64,000 nucleotides of DNA, taken from the NCBI GenBank assembly GCA_001662655.1, contig KV460244.1; one strand, written 5' to 3'. A model generated the notes under the pieces. It saw nothing but the letters and a program-made list of their open reading frames with translations. It did no database searches and was not told the DNA's origin. The position numbers and the translations under genes were made by a program. Of this stretch, positions 62,486-64,000 are shown piece by piece. Position 1 is the stretch's first letter. Every line of letters begins with the position of its first letter. This stretch comes from Pseudogymnoascus verrucosus (taxonomy: Eukaryota).

Positions 62486-64000
62486 CTATGCCCCCATATC
62501 TCCCATTGGTATTTTCTCACCACCTGCGGTGTCCTTTTTCACTTTTACGCTCAGCCACTCTACAGTCAGCGCGGGTAAAAGAGCCAAGACAGATGCCACC
62601 GTGACGACAAAGAAAGTGGCAACTAGAGCATCATTAAACGCCTTGAGAACACCATCCACCTGCGCTGGTGGCACGATCCTCCTTAAATCCGTTGCTCCAA
62701 CATCAACGATTGCTTTGATGTCCACGCCTGGAATAGCCGACAAGGTGTGTACAAGCCGGTTCTGAAAGATGCTTTGTGCAATTGGGACAAAGACTGAACC
62801 CGACAGCTGCTGTGCAAACATCATTAGAGCCGAACCGATCGCGATATCCTTTCGTGATAATACTCTCTGCGCTGCTACACTGGGCTGCTGCATGCAAATC
62901 CCGCAGCCGAGACCAAATATGATCTGGTATCCGATCCACTGGCTAGGGGGGGTATTCACATGGAAGGTGGTAAGTAGTCCAGCACCAGCTGCCATGATGG
63001 GTGGACCAGCAAGCATGAACGGAGCATAGTATCCGAAGCGCGACACGGAACCGCCTCCTACTATCGCCCCAAATGAGGTTGCGAAGAGGAGGGGGATGGT
63101 GTCAATGCCGGATTGGACGGCGCTGACGCCCTTGACAGACTGAAAGTAAATGGCGAGGTAGAGAACGCACACAATCAGGCTCGCGCCAACGCAAAGAGAA
63201 AAGCAGAACCCAGAGGCCACGGAGCGCTTCTTGATGATTCGCGGAGGTACTGTAGCGCCGTCCTGGAGCCAGATTTGAACGCAAACGAATGCTATAATCA
63301 GGAGCACACCAACGACGAAGAGGGCGATGATCCTGCCATCATTCCACGGGTACTGATTTCCACCCCATTGCAGGGCAAGTAGGATACAGGAAATTCCAGG
63401 GATGAAACAGATCGTGCCCACTGGATCAAGCTGCCATAACTTCTTCTTCAAACTTGTTTCCGCCGCAGCGGGTGCGGGCAACTTCAGGACAACTGCCAAA
63501 ACAGCCATGGCGACGCCACCAATTGCTATGAATGGTAAGCTTTTGCTTTGCTATAGTTACTACACACGGGGGAACGAACGAAGATTCACATAGAAACACC
63601 AACGCCAACTGATTCCGTCGGTCAAGGCGCCACCAAGCAATGGTCCGATAATAGATGCCACAGCGAAAACACCCCCAAAAAGCCCCATCGCCATCGGACG
63701 CTTCTGGAGTGGGAGCACGTGCTGCACGCCAACGACACACCCAGTGAAGATGCCAGCTGCTCCAAGCCCGGCAATAGCACGTCCAACGATCAATGTCTTT
63801 GAGCTGAGTGCAACACCACAAATTAGGTTCCCGGTTTCAAACAGGCCCATGGCGCCTAGCAAGAGCCATTTGGGCGAGTAGAAGGTGTAGATCTTGCCAA
63901 AGAGAAGGATGGGGGCAGATCCTGCGAGCATGAAGGAGCTGGCATACCAGCCGACGTCACTGAGCGAGCGGAATTCGTCTGTAATCTTGGGTATGGCAGT
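62486..64000 (-). CDS. MFS DHA2 drug/toxin efflux pump (AflT/GliA-like); 5' end outside the window
   Basis: IPKITDEFRSLSDVGWY, GRAIAGLGAAG, GPLLGGALT..SWRWCFY, LDPVG and YLAIYFQSVKG.SA..SG. Confidence 0.92.

Noticed and set aside
59648..64000. Secondary-metabolite cluster suggested by the DHA2 efflux pump
   Set aside because: No PKS, NRPS or terpene backbone gene in the window; one could lie beyond the right edge.

Overview
This is fungal (ascomycete) genomic DNA with about 24 genes, most interrupted by short spliceosomal introns. A Leotiomycete origin is my impression only. The first 19 kb holds conserved housekeeping genes: ORC5, an Ebp1-like protein, a SLY41-like transporter, SF3B2/CUS1, a MINDY deubiquitinase and an SR-repeat protein. 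After an AT-rich break at about 19.1-19.5 kb the content becomes largely accessory or metabolic. The highlight is a tandem pair at 20.1-23.9 kb: an intracellular S8 subtilase with a large N-terminal extension resembling a degenerate NACHT/P-loop domain, followed by a fungal gasdermin-like gene with an acidic C-terminal tail. This is a candidate protease-activated cell-death (het-Q-type) module. Further along are an MDR reductase/DUR3-like symporter/DszA-like monooxygenase trio, a CE15 glucuronoyl esterase, an LRR-like protein, a QNS1 gene with 25 introns, an F-box-ankyrin gene, an Na+/H+ antiporter, an alpha-amylase, a DAL5-like permease/M20 amidohydrolase pair, an HNH-like/APH-kinase gene with a frameshift, a sugar porter and a truncated DHA2 efflux pump. 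Exon structures were reconstructed by hand and family calls come from motif recognition, not database searches.
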